Source: Candidatus Bathyarchaeota archaeon (GTDB taxonomy: Archaea; Thermoproteota; Bathyarchaeia; Bathyarchaeales; Bathycorpusculaceae). Taken from it: DNA of 64,000 bases. How positions within the stretch are numbered: the first letter of the stretch is position 1; every line of letters begins with the position of its first letter. Location: the NCBI GenBank assembly GCA_937873375.1, contig CALMWK010000125.1, forward strand, positions 24,870 to 88,869, given 5' to 3'. The notes under the pieces were generated by a model, which worked only from the letters and a program-made list of their open reading frames with translations, searched no databases and was not told the DNA's origin. Position numbers and translations under genes: made by a program. Below, in pieces: positions 37,594-47,554 of this stretch.

Positions 37594-38133
37594 CTATTTT
37601 TGGTGGTCTGCTCTTTCAGCGTTTTGTAAGTAGTTTTCTGTGAGGTTTGCTATGCGTTGTTTCTCACGTTTGTTGCTGTTTCTGGTTTTTAAGTCAAGTG
37701 AAAACATCAAGACGTAGGGTATCGTTAAGTAGAGTACCGCTAATATGGGATTATCAAGTAAATATGCAAAACTGAACAACTGGTCAATAACAGTTCCAAA
37801 GGAGCTCTTCAAGATATCTAAGAGTAAGAACGCGGAAAGAGTCAAAGATAAGCAGACTACAAACTGAACAAGGACACTGCGTTCTTTACCCAGAATTTTT
37901 GAAGGGATAACTGATGACAAAACAAAAACCCATGCAAAAGCGTAGACGAAAATAATCACGCCTTGTTTGTCTACTAACCATATACCTAATGAAGGCGCTA
38001 TCGATTTGATGCTTGTCAATACAGTAGTAACTGCTGATTCAGTAAAGAGTTGATAGCTAATCATTAAAGCCCAAGCAATCGACAGGTACACTGGAGTTAC
38101 CAGAACTGCTTTGCTCAATCTAATCCCCAACAT
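37594..38133 (-). CDS. multi-pass membrane protein, hypothetical
   Basis: About four hydrophobic helices; AT-rich. Confidence 0.7.
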   Translation of the reverse strand: MLGIRLSKAVLVTPVYLSIAWALMISYQLFTESAVTTVLTSIKSIAPSLGIWLVDKQGVIIFVYAFAWVFVLSSVIPSKILGKERSVLVQFVVCLSLTLSAFLLLDILKSSFGTVIDQLFSFAYLLDNPILAVLYLTIPYVLMFSLDLKTRNSNKREKQRIANLTENYLQNAERADHQK

Positions 38134-38204
38134 ACATTGCTTTAATAGCGGTATTAAGTTTTACGACGTTGATAGATTTTCATTTGGGAAATTAGCCAGC
38201 AGAT

Positions 38205-38489
38205 TTAGCCACCATGCACAACTGGAATGAAAACTACTTCGTCGCCGTCCTTCACTTTAGTCTCTAACCCGTTCAGCACGCTAATTTCTCTACCGTTAAC
38301 AAGTATCAACGCATTCGGCTTGGGCTGCTCAAGCTGCTCGTCAAGCAGACTTCTCCTGAGCACGGGCGCTTCTTTGGTAAGTTCATTCACCAATTCCATT
38401 AAGGAAAAGCCTTTTTTGCAGGTCAGGGCAAGCGTTTCCGCACCTGAAGCATGCCGCAGTGCACCAATGAACTTTAAAGTCACAGCCAT
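38205..38489 (-). CDS. MoaD/ThiS/SAMP ubiquitin-like protein
   Basis: ILVNG, DGDEV, C-terminal GG. Confidence 0.93.
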   Translation of the reverse strand: MAVTLKFIGALRHASGAETLALTCKKGFSLMELVNELTKEAPVLRRSLLDEQLEQPKPNALILVNGREISVLNGLETKVKDGDEVVFIPVVHGG

Positions 38490-38507
38490 TTGCGTCTCGC
38501 TCAGAAA

Positions 38508-39884
38508 TTATAAAACCACAATCACAGATATATCGTTAACATTTGTGCCCGTTTGCCCCGTAAAAATCAAGTCACCCAGCTTTGAAAAAAACCGATAAGA
38601 ATTGTTTTCGGCCAAAAACTTGTCAGCATCCAGCCCCAACTGCGCAGCCCGCTCCAAAGTGTCTCCGTCGACAATTGCGCCTGCAGCATCAGTGGGTCCA
38701 TCCACCCCATCAGTGCTCAAAGAAGCAAGAACACAAGCTCCAGCGCCTTTGAGTTTTAAGGCGGCAGCTAGAGCCAATTCCTGATTTCGTCCACCCAAGC
38801 CTGCTCCTGTGACTGTGACCGTTGTTTCTCCACCTGCGACTATACCCGCGGGTCTGGGAACAGGATTACCCGAAGACACAACTTTGCTAGCCAAAGACGC
38901 AAACACTGCGCCCACATTTTTCGCTTCTCCTTCCAAAGCTGCGGTAAGTAAAAGCGCATTTAACCCTTCAGACTTCAAGTATGCAACTGCGGCATTGCTG
39001 GCGGAGCGGTTGTTTCCGATAATTACGTTGTACACTTTCTCGAAGGCTGGGTCGCCCGCTTTCGGCGTTTCCTCAATTATGCCCTTTATGCCTTCGGATA
39101 AGACTTTGCGAACAGAAGACGCTGTCTTCTCCCATAAGTCGTATTTTTCCAAAACTCTTTGTGCGTCGGCAAAGGTTGAGGGGTCAGGAACTGTTGGACC
39201 AGACGCGATGGAAGCCAAGGGGTCACCTACAACATCCGAAAGAACAAGGTTTAGAACGGTGGCGGGGTAAGCTTTTTTGGCGAGCCATCCGCCCTTGAAA
39301 CCTGAAACATGCTTCCGCACAATGTTTACTTCGTTTATTTTGGCACCACTCTTGAGCAAGGCGCTTGTGAGTTGGCGTTTGTCTTCGAGGGAAATGGTGT
39401 CGCGAGGTAAGGGCATGAGGCTGGAGCCACCACCAGAAATCAAGCAAATAACCAAATCGTCCTCCTCGGCGTGCTGTGCAGTTCCGATTATCTGTTGGGT
39501 TCCTTCTACGCCTGCTTGGTCGGGCACTGGGTGACTTGCCTCGTGAAGCTTGACGACGCGGGTTTTATGTTTGCTGCCGTAGGGCACATTGACGAATCCT
39601 GTCCTGATGCGCTTGCCCAACAGTTCTTCGAGTGCTTCAGCCATTGAACCGCTGGCTTTCCCGCCGCCAACAACGTAAATATTCCTGAATTTTTCCAAGT
39701 CAAAAGAAAAATTGCCAACCTGTAAACGTGACTTTTCCAAAACAAGTTTAGAGTGCAGCAACCGTTTGGGGTCAACAGCGTTTACGGCGGCTTCGAGGCT
39801 CTGTAAAGCTAACTTTCTTGTTTTTTTGGTGAGTTCTGTTTTGCCGTTCTCGACTAAAAGGGGCTTGTTTTTTATTTGGTTCAT
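38508..39884 (-). CDS. glycerate 2-kinase (MOFRL family)
   Basis: GGGKA, SGGGSSL, IASGPT, GGETTV, GGRNQE, TGTNVND. Confidence 0.95.
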   Translation of the reverse strand: MNQIKNKPLLVENGKTELTKKTRKLALQSLEAAVNAVDPKRLLHSKLVLEKSRLQVGNFSFDLEKFRNIYVVGGGKASGSMAEALEELLGKRIRTGFVNVPYGSKHKTRVVKLHEASHPVPDQAGVEGTQQIIGTAQHAEEDDLVICLISGGGSSLMPLPRDTISLEDKRQLTSALLKSGAKINEVNIVRKHVSGFKGGWLAKKAYPATVLNLVLSDVVGDPLASIASGPTVPDPSTFADAQRVLEKYDLWEKTASSVRKVLSEGIKGIIEETPKAGDPAFEKVYNVIIGNNRSASNAAVAYLKSEGLNALLLTAALEGEAKNVGAVFASLASKVVSSGNPVPRPAGIVAGGETTVTVTGAGLGGRNQELALAAALKLKGAGACVLASLSTDGVDGPTDAAGAIVDGDTLERAAQLGLDADKFLAENNSYRFFSKLGDLIFTGQTGTNVNDISVIVVL

Positions 39885-39972
39885 GGGGCTGGCTCTTTAG
39901 CGCTGCTAAAGTCTGTAAGGATTAAGAGCTAATAAAACTCGCTGTGAAAAACAGAGCTCAACGAAGGAATTT

Positions 39973-40347
39973 TTAGTTTTCCAGTTTTTCCTCGGTGAGG
40001 GTTTCAACAAACTCAGAAGCCACTTGAACAAACGTATCTGCCTGCTTCATCATGGCATCACCATTAACTTCTTCAAGCTGCGCAAGCTGCTGCACGGTTT
40101 CTTCGATTTCTATTAGAAAACGCAGTATAACGTCGTTCGCGGGTTTAGGTTTGCCTATTTCTTCGCGGACAAGGATTTCAATAAAAGCAGGTTCGCCTAT
40201 GCTGTAATAGATGGCGTTTCGGGCTTTGCGGATGGCTTCTATCATGAGGCTTGGCGCCATGTAAGGTATCTTTTGTGCTGCTTCCAGCTCAGCTTTGGCT
40301 TCACGAAGGTACCGTAGCGCCCATCCGCGCCTGTACTCGTCCATCAT
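39973..40347 (-). CDS. helical hypothetical protein
   Basis: 124 aa ORF within the rps17e-oriented string. Confidence 0.7.
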   Translation of the reverse strand: MMDEYRRGWALRYLREAKAELEAAQKIPYMAPSLMIEAIRKARNAIYYSIGEPAFIEILVREEIGKPKPANDVILRFLIEIEETVQQLAQLEEVNGDAMMKQADTFVQVASEFVETLTEEKLEN

Positions 40348-40369
40348 ATCGCTGGTTCCAGTTTAGAGT

Positions 40370-40612
40370 TTATTCTTCGTCGGTTTCTTCGTCCAGAACA
40401 TCATCATCATCAACTATGGTGCCGTGTTGATTTAGCGCAACAGTTCGGGTTATGTAACCTGCTGTTTGGTTGCGCACTCTGGTCGTTGTACCTTCTGTGA
40501 CCTCGTCCACCATGTGTTTGTTGTCGTCGAAGTTGGTTGAGAATTTGCTTGGATACCGCTTGATGAGTTCTTTGGCTAGGCGTTTTACCTGTTCAGTCTT
40601 TACTTTTCCCAA
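40370..40612 (-). CDS. rps17e: 30S ribosomal protein S17e
   Basis: MGKVKT, FDDNK, RNQTAGYITR; TTG start. Confidence 0.97.
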   Translation of the reverse strand: MGKVKTEQVKRLAKELIKRYPSKFSTNFDDNKHMVDEVTEGTTTRVRNQTAGYITRTVALNQHGTIVDDDDVLDEETDEE

Positions 40613-40744
40613 CTATTATTCCTCCATTTACATAGGACTTGTTTGTTCTTTAACGCTTGAAAAGCGCAAAAGCATCTTTCAATAGAAGCGAGGCGTAATT
40701 TAAGGTTACGCCTCATAAAAGCCAATACAGTTAGAACGGCAAGG

Positions 40745-41536
40745 TTAGGCGGTGGGTGTTGTGAATTTTATGTTGAAGAAGGTCTCAAAGTTTTTCACAA
40801 TTTGTTCGGCAACTTCTTCAGCAGGCATTTTTTTGATGTCTGCGATTGCGTGTACAACTTCACCTATGAAGGATGGTTTTGTCATTTGCCCGTTGAAAGG
40901 CGCTTTTCTGAACAGCACGGGACCGTCAGTTTCTGTTAGCAGGTTTGTCAGGGGGGTTTGAGTGACGACTTCGCGGATGCCAGTTGAATACACGACGGGC
41001 GGACCTTCGGTGATGTAGTAGCCGTAGTCCATTGCTTTGTGGAGGGCATTCATGGGGTGGCTGAACCAGTGCAGCAGAACACGTTTCAGGTTGTATGAAG
41101 GAAGCATATCCACGATGAATTCGGTGGTTCCTCGGGAATGTATAATGACGGGTAAATCGATTTTTTCTGCCGCGCGCAACATTTTGTCGAAGACCATCAG
41201 CTGTTTTTCCCATATAGATTCATATTTGCAGTCTAAACCGATTTCGCCTATGGCGACGACGGATTTTTTCTGGTGCTGCTCGCTGATTAGGTTCAGGGTG
41301 TCTTCCAACTCATTGGGTTTGAGTACGTTCACGTTCCACGGGTGAACACCCAACGCCACATAAACCAAGTCAAGATGCTTCTCTGACAGCCTTAGCGCTT
41401 CGATGCTTGTTTCAAAGTCCATCGCGTTTGAAACCAACGCGACGACGTTTGCGTTTTTTGCGTCTTCCACTAACTCATCGGTATGTCCACTGTATCCCCG
41501 ATCTGAAAGGTGAATGTGCGCGTCTACCAACCTCAT
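40745..41536 (-). CDS. tatD: TatD-family nuclease
   Basis: DAHIH, GVHP, GEIGLD, IIHSR, ETDGP. Confidence 0.95.
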   Translation of the reverse strand: MRLVDAHIHLSDRGYSGHTDELVEDAKNANVVALVSNAMDFETSIEALRLSEKHLDLVYVALGVHPWNVNVLKPNELEDTLNLISEQHQKKSVVAIGEIGLDCKYESIWEKQLMVFDKMLRAAEKIDLPVIIHSRGTTEFIVDMLPSYNLKRVLLHWFSHPMNALHKAMDYGYYITEGPPVVYSTGIREVVTQTPLTNLLTETDGPVLFRKAPFNGQMTKPSFIGEVVHAIADIKKMPAEEVAEQIVKNFETFFNIKFTTPTA

Positions 41537-41692
41537 TCCAAAGACACCTAAACCGCCAATATATCCAACAGAGTGCTTTAAAATTTTCTTTTTTTCCCCG
41601 TCAAAAACACGTTAGTCGGTAATTTAAAGAAGTAGACGACAATAAAGGTTAAATACAGCTTTAAAAAGAAAAAGAAGCTAAAGAGGGTCTCT

Positions 41693-41914
41693 ATGGCTGA
41701 TTTGGAAATAGCAGTAGCGCCCATGCATAGGCTGTGCAAGAAAGCAGGTGCGGACAGAGTAAGTGAAGCAGCGGCAAAAGAACTAGCTAAGGCTTTAGAA
41801 GAAATTGGTGTTAAAATCGCCAAGGAAGCCTTAGACTTTGCGATGCACGCTGGAAGAAAAACCATAAAATCCGAAGACATCGAAATCGCAGCCAAAAAAG
41901 TCATGGGTAAATAA
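41693..41914 (+). CDS. archaeal histone
   Basis: [22 protein letters not shown]. Confidence 0.96.
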   Translation: MADLEIAVAPMHRLCKKAGADRVSEAAAKELAKALEEIGVKIAKEALDFAMHAGRKTIKSEDIEIAAKKVMGK

Positions 41915-42039
41915 CAATTTAGTTTCCCTTTCTCTCTTTTTTGTTAAGTAAACGAAAACGCCAAGTTTTGAGCGGGATACAGAGTCTTTTTTAGACAGCG
42001 GCTAACCGTTATATTTCCATCAACAAAGGCGCCGTTGCT

Positions 42040-43086
42040 GTGATGCGAAACATTCTGCAGGTAATCAAGGAACATAAGAGTTTGCTGTTGAAGCTTGTGC
42101 CGTTAGTGTCTTTTGCGGTTCCGTTGTTGTGGCTTTATTTTTTGGATGCGGCGTCGTTTGAGTTGATGTGGAAGGGCAGAACGTTCCAGTTGTTCTTCAT
42201 CTGGCTTGTGGGTTTGGAGTTGATTTTGGGCTGGGAAAACCTGCAGGCAGACAAAATCAAGAAGCTGTTTTCAGCCAGAACGTTTGCGTTCATCGCCGCT
42301 ATGGCGCTTCCCACAATCTACGTTGCCGCGTCCTTTTACTGGGGCTTAAACGTAGCCATCACGAACTGGGCAACCCAGAGCCACATCCAGTGGGCAAGCT
42401 CGATGCCTCTGTCAACAGAGTACCTTGTCTTCACTGTTCTGTTCTGCCTCATAGTTTACTTGTCATCAGGCTTCAAAGGCTTGAAAGACTACTCGGTTCC
42501 AGCGTTTTTCCTCGCCATCGTCGGCTTCCTATACACAGTTGACAACGTATTCCCCTACGGGCAATTCACGCCATTCCAGATTTTCGTCCCCACAACCACC
42601 GCCCTCGCATCTGCCATCCTCAACTTCATGGGGTACCCCACCAGCATAGCCTACGCGCAGAACAGCTTAGCAGGCAACATGCCCTACCTAACCGCCATAA
42701 ACCCACATGTAACAGGGAACCCATCAACAACCTTCGCCATTGCTTGGCCCTGCGCAGGCATCGAAAGCTTCCTCATATTCACCGTGGTTGCCCTACTATT
42801 CCTCAAACGTATGAATTTCTCGTGGAAGGCAAAGATAGGCTACTTTGTGTTCGGCGCAGCCATCACGTATCTCATTAACGCCCTAAGAATAGTCAACATA
42901 TTTTTGATTGGGATGAGTCAAGGGGCGAACTCGTTAGAAGTTGACTTGTTCCACTTCTACTATGGTCCACTGTACGCGGTTACGTGGATAGTCGCATATC
43001 CGCTCATTATTATGCTGAGCCAAAACTTGTGGCACAGAATCAAAAAAACAAAACAACCAGAAACTACGAAAGCTCAACCTGTTTAG
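42040..43086 (+). CDS. archaeosortase/exosortase-family membrane transpeptidase
   Basis: Multi-TM; IAWPCAG (Cys), NALRI (Arg), FH (His). Confidence 0.88.
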   Translation: MMRNILQVIKEHKSLLLKLVPLVSFAVPLLWLYFLDAASFELMWKGRTFQLFFIWLVGLELILGWENLQADKIKKLFSARTFAFIAAMALPTIYVAASFYWGLNVAITNWATQSHIQWASSMPLSTEYLVFTVLFCLIVYLSSGFKGLKDYSVPAFFLAIVGFLYTVDNVFPYGQFTPFQIFVPTTTALASAILNFMGYPTSIAYAQNSLAGNMPYLTAINPHVTGNPSTTFAIAWPCAGIESFLIFTVVALLFLKRMNFSWKAKIGYFVFGAAITYLINALRIVNIFLIGMSQGANSLEVDLFHFYYGPLYAVTWIVAYPLIIMLSQNLWHRIKKTKQPETTKAQPV

Positions 43087-43618
43087 CTAAGCCCTGCTTC
43101 ACCAAAATTTTCGCGTTCTCAACCGGCACCGAAGCCACATCCTCAACCATAAACGGACCATAACTCTTCATGTCTGCGCCTATTATTGAGGGCACTGCCT
43201 TCAAAAACCGCAGCGTCACCCGCTTATGCACCGCAGTTTCCACTTCAACTTTAAGGGATGCTTGCCCCAGCAAAAGACCCTGCATGAACCTATCGTACGC
43301 GTCAGTTGAAGGCACCACGCCGTTGTACAGTTGTGCTTCCTCAGCCACCAAAAACTCCACAGGCACCTTCTTACCATCAACCATTCTTTTGACGATTTTC
43401 CTGTACCGCGCCTGCAACAACTCCCGAACCATGCGTTGCACATTCGCCTGTTCATGCTCCAGCAGGGTGGCTCTCACGGTTTTCTTGTCAACCAGTTGGT
43501 TCTCTTCTTTGAGCTTCTTCAGGTAGTCTGCAACCCGCGCGTAAAAGTCGGACGGTAAACTGCTCAGCTCAGCATATTCAATTTCCCATCGCCACGCAGC
43601 GTACAGTTCATCATACAT
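43064..43618 (-). CDS. gins15: GINS subunit Gins15/51
   Basis: LPSDFY, RYRKIV, IIGADMKSYGPF..EDVAS.P.ENA..L; follows priS. Confidence 0.9.
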   Translation of the reverse strand: MYDELYAAWRWEIEYAELSSLPSDFYARVADYLKKLKEENQLVDKKTVRATLLEHEQANVQRMVRELLQARYRKIVKRMVDGKKVPVEFLVAEEAQLYNGVVPSTDAYDRFMQGLLLGQASLKVEVETAVHKRVTLRFLKAVPSIIGADMKSYGPFMVEDVASVPVENAKILVKQGLAKQVELS

Positions 43619-43620
43619 TT

Positions 43621-44868
43621 TTACGTCACCAACTCCGCTCTGCCCTTGCAGATAAGCAGCACAGCCGCAGCCGTCGGCAACTCCACCGCCTTGTTCTTGA
43701 AGGGACCAAACGTTTCCCCGCCTAACCTAAACTCAGGCGCATCCGAGACGAGAACTTTCGCTGAACCCTCTTTAAAAGCTACTGCTTCCTTAAACACATC
43801 AACTTCGTCCAGCTGTGAAACGGGAAACTCCACCTTCAACAACCCCGTTTTGCCGTGCAGTGTGCCTTCTGCTCGGATTAAACGGTGAATGTCGGTAGTG
43901 ACTACGGTGTCAATTTGTGCAGACTCCAAATCCCTCACATGCTCAGCTACCTTCAGCCAAGTTTCAACGCCAACCCCTTTCACGTTACTCCATCGGTTCT
44001 CTTCTACGCATTCCTTCAGAATTCGGTCTTTATTCTGAAGGATAACCTCAGTTCTTCCTTTGATGCCAATTTCCTTTAAGTCATCTTTGGTTGCGTTGAG
44101 GATAAATTTACGCATACCATTCTTCAGACGCCTGTTCCAGCCGTAATCATTCAAACTAAAAACCTTTGCGCCCTTCTTCTGTTTGGGCAAGTCTTTTCTG
44201 CTTTTTCGAAACATGGCCAAACCTGTGCCCATAACGTAGTCCACAACTTCTCTGCGCCCCATAGCATCCAAGCTCCGAATTGCCTCGTGTTCAACGTGAA
44301 CGTGAAAACCGCGGTGACCAGAAAAAAACGTGCGAATCTCATGAGATGCAAAACCAAAATCGTTCTCCAGCATATCCACAAGTTTGCGCGCCTCAGCCCT
44401 AGTCGTATCTATACAGACATCACAGGGCCAACTTTTAACTTCAAACTTTACGCCGCCACAAATTGGGCAGGTTTCAGGCGTGATTCCCTTACCGTTAAAG
44501 CCGCCGCTGAACTGGCACTCAGAATTGGTGCACCGCCACTCATCATGGATTTTGTTACAGCTAGTCGGAATGTGGTCAGCGTCAATGTCAAAAACCAAGT
44601 CTGCGCCCGACCAGCCTTTCTTGTCCATGTCAGCCTCAGGATTCTCGTAGTAAGCACAAGAATAGTAAACATCCGAAGGAATCCGCTCCTTCAAAAAAGC
44701 GCTCAGGGTTTTTGGGTTGGCAAAGCCTTTGTGCCGCGCCATAACCCGTTCCCTAAAAAGGAGGAAGGCAAATTCGCGCTGCGCAAAACCCACAGGAGTC
44801 GGAACTGCAAGGGAGGGGTTATTGTAGAAGCCACGGAATTTTTCGTACACAAACTCTCGAGAAGACAC
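43621..44868 (-). CDS. priS: DNA primase small subunit
   Basis: REFAF, LVFDIDAD, FSGHRGFHV, IDTVVT.DIHRLIR. Confidence 0.97.
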   Translation of the reverse strand: MSSREFVYEKFRGFYNNPSLAVPTPVGFAQREFAFLLFRERVMARHKGFANPKTLSAFLKERIPSDVYYSCAYYENPEADMDKKGWSGADLVFDIDADHIPTSCNKIHDEWRCTNSECQFSGGFNGKGITPETCPICGGVKFEVKSWPCDVCIDTTRAEARKLVDMLENDFGFASHEIRTFFSGHRGFHVHVEHEAIRSLDAMGRREVVDYVMGTGLAMFRKSRKDLPKQKKGAKVFSLNDYGWNRRLKNGMRKFILNATKDDLKEIGIKGRTEVILQNKDRILKECVEENRWSNVKGVGVETWLKVAEHVRDLESAQIDTVVTTDIHRLIRAEGTLHGKTGLLKVEFPVSQLDEVDVFKEAVAFKEGSAKVLVSDAPEFRLGGETFGPFKNKAVELPTAAAVLLICKGRAELVT

Positions 44869-44975
44869 ACCAACCCTCCTCTACGTTAAACCATTGTAAG
44901 AGTGAATGTTACTTGGGCGGATTTAACAGTTAAGCATTTTGAGTCAGCAGACACAAAGACCAATGCAGCATACGG

Positions 44976-46676
44976 TCAAATGCCCAGTAGTCTACGGATG
45001 CTGTCCAGCAGTTGCATTGGGTTATAAGAGAGACCACCAAACGAAAGCATCAACGTCATAAACACCACCCATATCACCGAAACTTCCAATGCACGCTTTT
45101 CCTTTGGAAAGAACAGATACACAAAGAAAAACGGCAGATACCACGACTGAAAATATGGCATAGTGAAACAAGGCAACAACGAAAAAAACATAAATAAAGA
45201 AACAATCCTGCTTCGGTTCAGCAAATAAACTGCACAAACCAACGTCACCCCAAGCGTCAACAAAACAGCGAAAGCCTGTAGCATCCACGATATTTGTGCA
45301 TGGGGGCTAAACGCGCTCACGCCATTCATTATGAACTCGGGTTTTGCGCTGGCAAAAAATGGAAAACTCAAATAGGCGGTGAACAGGTTAATCGCAGTCA
45401 AACCAGTGGCAGCCAAAACAGTCTTGTTTTTGATTATCGTTGAAAGTTTGTTTTGTTGCAACAGCCTAACTATGCTCACCAGTACGAGGGGAAACAGGAA
45501 AATGCCTGCTTGATACTTGAAAGTTAACGAAACCGCCCCAAGCAGCAAGAACAAGTCAAAGCGCTTCTCCAAGAACATCGCTACAGCCGCTAATGTGAAG
45601 AGGAACGCAACCGTGTCAAACATGCCGTTTGCAGAGTAAACCACAAGCACAATGTACAGCATATACACGGCCACAGTTTTCAACACTAAACTGGTGTCTT
45701 TTTTCAATGGACGTTTGAGAAAATCAAAATTGATTTTGTTAGACCAGAACCGCTTGAGAAAATAATACATACAAACATGGGAGACCACCAAGAAAAGTGC
45801 AATCTCCAACTTGAAAACAAGTGTTTGCGCAATGCCGTTCTCCAGCAACCAGCCGAAGGGCAAAAACAGGAAAACACTGCCCAGCGGGTAAAGGTGCGGC
45901 ATCTCAGCCCATGTCACAAACTTGAAGAAAGAAAAGTCGTTGCTTGATAGCTTGCCAAGTGGGGTATCAAAAATGGAGAAGCCCACCTTTGTGAATAACT
46001 CTGCCGAATACGGGTTTCTGGCGTGGTCCGTGTACCAGTTCTCAAAAGTCGCAAACGGATACGTATTCACAGCCAAAAGCACAAACCAAAACACCAAAGA
46101 CACCACAAGAATAGCTTGTAGTCTTCGTCGGTCTTTTTGGCTCAGAACAGGCACGGCGGGAAGGGAGTTTGTGGGTGAAAATGTGTTACCCCCATGGGTA
46201 AGCACCAAAAGAGCCACAATTGCTCCAGTGCTTGAGAAAAACAGTACCTTCGCAGGGGTAGCTATCCAAGAAAAGGGGTAAACTACTGCTGCTTTCTGAA
46301 CGGAAACCTTAAACTGGATATTGGTGGTGGTTGTTGCGTTTGCCTCAAAGATTGCTTCGTAGTAGTCAGCTCCTGTCGTAAAATTGTAGCTTATGCCCGT
46401 GTTTGTACTGTTGATGTATCGTGGTCCACCGTAAGTCAGCAGTGTAAAATTGAAAGCGCCAGACCCGTTGCTACTGATTGCTATGGAAATGTTTTCTCCT
46501 CCATGAAAAGAACCTAAACCTTGCCGGTATGTCTCGTTTGGCGTCAACGCGAAAGAGTCATCAATGATAAAACTGCTCTGCGTGCCAGTGTCATCTACAG
46601 GAAAAAAACTCACAGTTGCAAGAATTATGCTCAGTGTGAGCAGCAGCAAAGACCCATAAAGAAACAACTTGCCCAT
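44976..46676 (-). CDS. polytopic membrane protein, GT-C glycosyltransferase-like
   Basis: About 12 TM helices; YTDH, YPLG, GMFD..A, KYQ; coupled to a Dol-P-sugar synthase; start moved to ATG 46676. Confidence 0.65.
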   Translation of the reverse strand: MGKLFLYGSLLLLTLSIILATVSFFPVDDTGTQSSFIIDDSFALTPNETYRQGLGSFHGGENISIAISSNGSGAFNFTLLTYGGPRYINSTNTGISYNFTTGADYYEAIFEANATTTTNIQFKVSVQKAAVVYPFSWIATPAKVLFFSSTGAIVALLVLTHGGNTFSPTNSLPAVPVLSQKDRRRLQAILVVSLVFWFVLLAVNTYPFATFENWYTDHARNPYSAELFTKVGFSIFDTPLGKLSSNDFSFFKFVTWAEMPHLYPLGSVFLFLPFGWLLENGIAQTLVFKLEIALFLVVSHVCMYYFLKRFWSNKINFDFLKRPLKKDTSLVLKTVAVYMLYIVLVVYSANGMFDTVAFLFTLAAVAMFLEKRFDLFLLLGAVSLTFKYQAGIFLFPLVLVSIVRLLQQNKLSTIIKNKTVLAATGLTAINLFTAYLSFPFFASAKPEFIMNGVSAFSPHAQISWMLQAFAVLLTLGVTLVCAVYLLNRSRIVSLFMFFSLLPCFTMPYFQSWYLPFFFVYLFFPKEKRALEVSVIWVVFMTLMLSFGGLSYNPMQLLDSIRRLLGI

Positions 46677-46731
46677 ATTCGCGCCGTTTAGATGTCCTAG
46701 TTTTCCCACCTGAAGCTTCAATGCCTTGACC

Positions 46732-47481
46732 TCAATGGTTTCGCCCAAGCGCCATTGTTTTAAAAATGTAGGACAGATAATTCTGGATTTCCACTAGAGA
46801 CAGCTTTGATTTTCCGCGTTTCCTGTTAACAAATAATATGGGGGTTTCTTTGACTTTGAAGCCTTTTGTGTGTGCTTGGTTTATGGTTTCGATTTGTATG
46901 TCATAGGTGTGGCTGTGTAAGTAGCTTATGATGTTTTTTAGGAAACTTGCCGAGTAGCAACGGAAACCACTTGTGCAATCGTGCGGCTGTAAACCCAACA
47001 AAGAACGAGCAAGCATATTGGCTCCTCGGCTGATTACCTTTCGGGTGTATGACCAGCCTGCGGTTTTACCTCCTTTGCAGTACCTGCTACCGATAATTAA
47101 GTCACAGGTGTTACTCATTTTTGAGACCAGTTGGGGTAGTTCTTTGGGGTTATGTGAATAGTCGGCGTCCATTGTGACTACGTATTCTGGAACGTTTCTC
47201 AGTGACAGAAAAATTTTGAAGCCATCAGTTATGGCTGTTCCCAGCCCAGATTTTTGGGGTCTGACAAAGAGAAGCAAATTACGGTATTTTTTCTGCAGTT
47301 TTTCCACGATTTGGGCTGTTCCGTCAGGGCTATAGTCATCTATAACCAGAATTGACTTGTTCAGGGGGAGGCTTTCGATTTCTGTAATCAGTTTTTCGAT
47401 GTTTTGGGCTTCACAGTACGTTGGGAGAATCACGCCGACTTTTGAGTTGGCTTCTAAGTTGCCCGTTAACTGGTTGAACAT
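46732..47481 (-). CDS. polyprenol-phosphate mannosyltransferase (GT2, DPM1-like)
   Basis: ILPTYCE, IDDYSPDGT, MDADYSH, IGSRY, DCTSGFR. Confidence 0.93.
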   Translation of the reverse strand: MFNQLTGNLEANSKVGVILPTYCEAQNIEKLITEIESLPLNKSILVIDDYSPDGTAQIVEKLQKKYRNLLLFVRPQKSGLGTAITDGFKIFLSLRNVPEYVVTMDADYSHNPKELPQLVSKMSNTCDLIIGSRYCKGGKTAGWSYTRKVISRGANMLARSLLGLQPHDCTSGFRCYSASFLKNIISYLHSHTYDIQIETINQAHTKGFKVKETPILFVNRKRGKSKLSLVEIQNYLSYIFKTMALGRNH

Positions 47482-47554
47482 CGAAACGCCTTATCCATTA
47501 GCAGTCTTGGTGGGTTAATAAATATTTTATAAAATAAGACAAAAGCCCGCGGGT

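Noticed and set aside
39973..40347. HEPN toxin
   Set aside because: Only vague helical similarity, no RxxxxH motif and no adjacent nucleotidyltransferase
42040..43086. Dedicated archaeosortase-substrate cassette
   Set aside because: No protein in the window ends in a PEF/PGF-type motif plus TM plus basic tail
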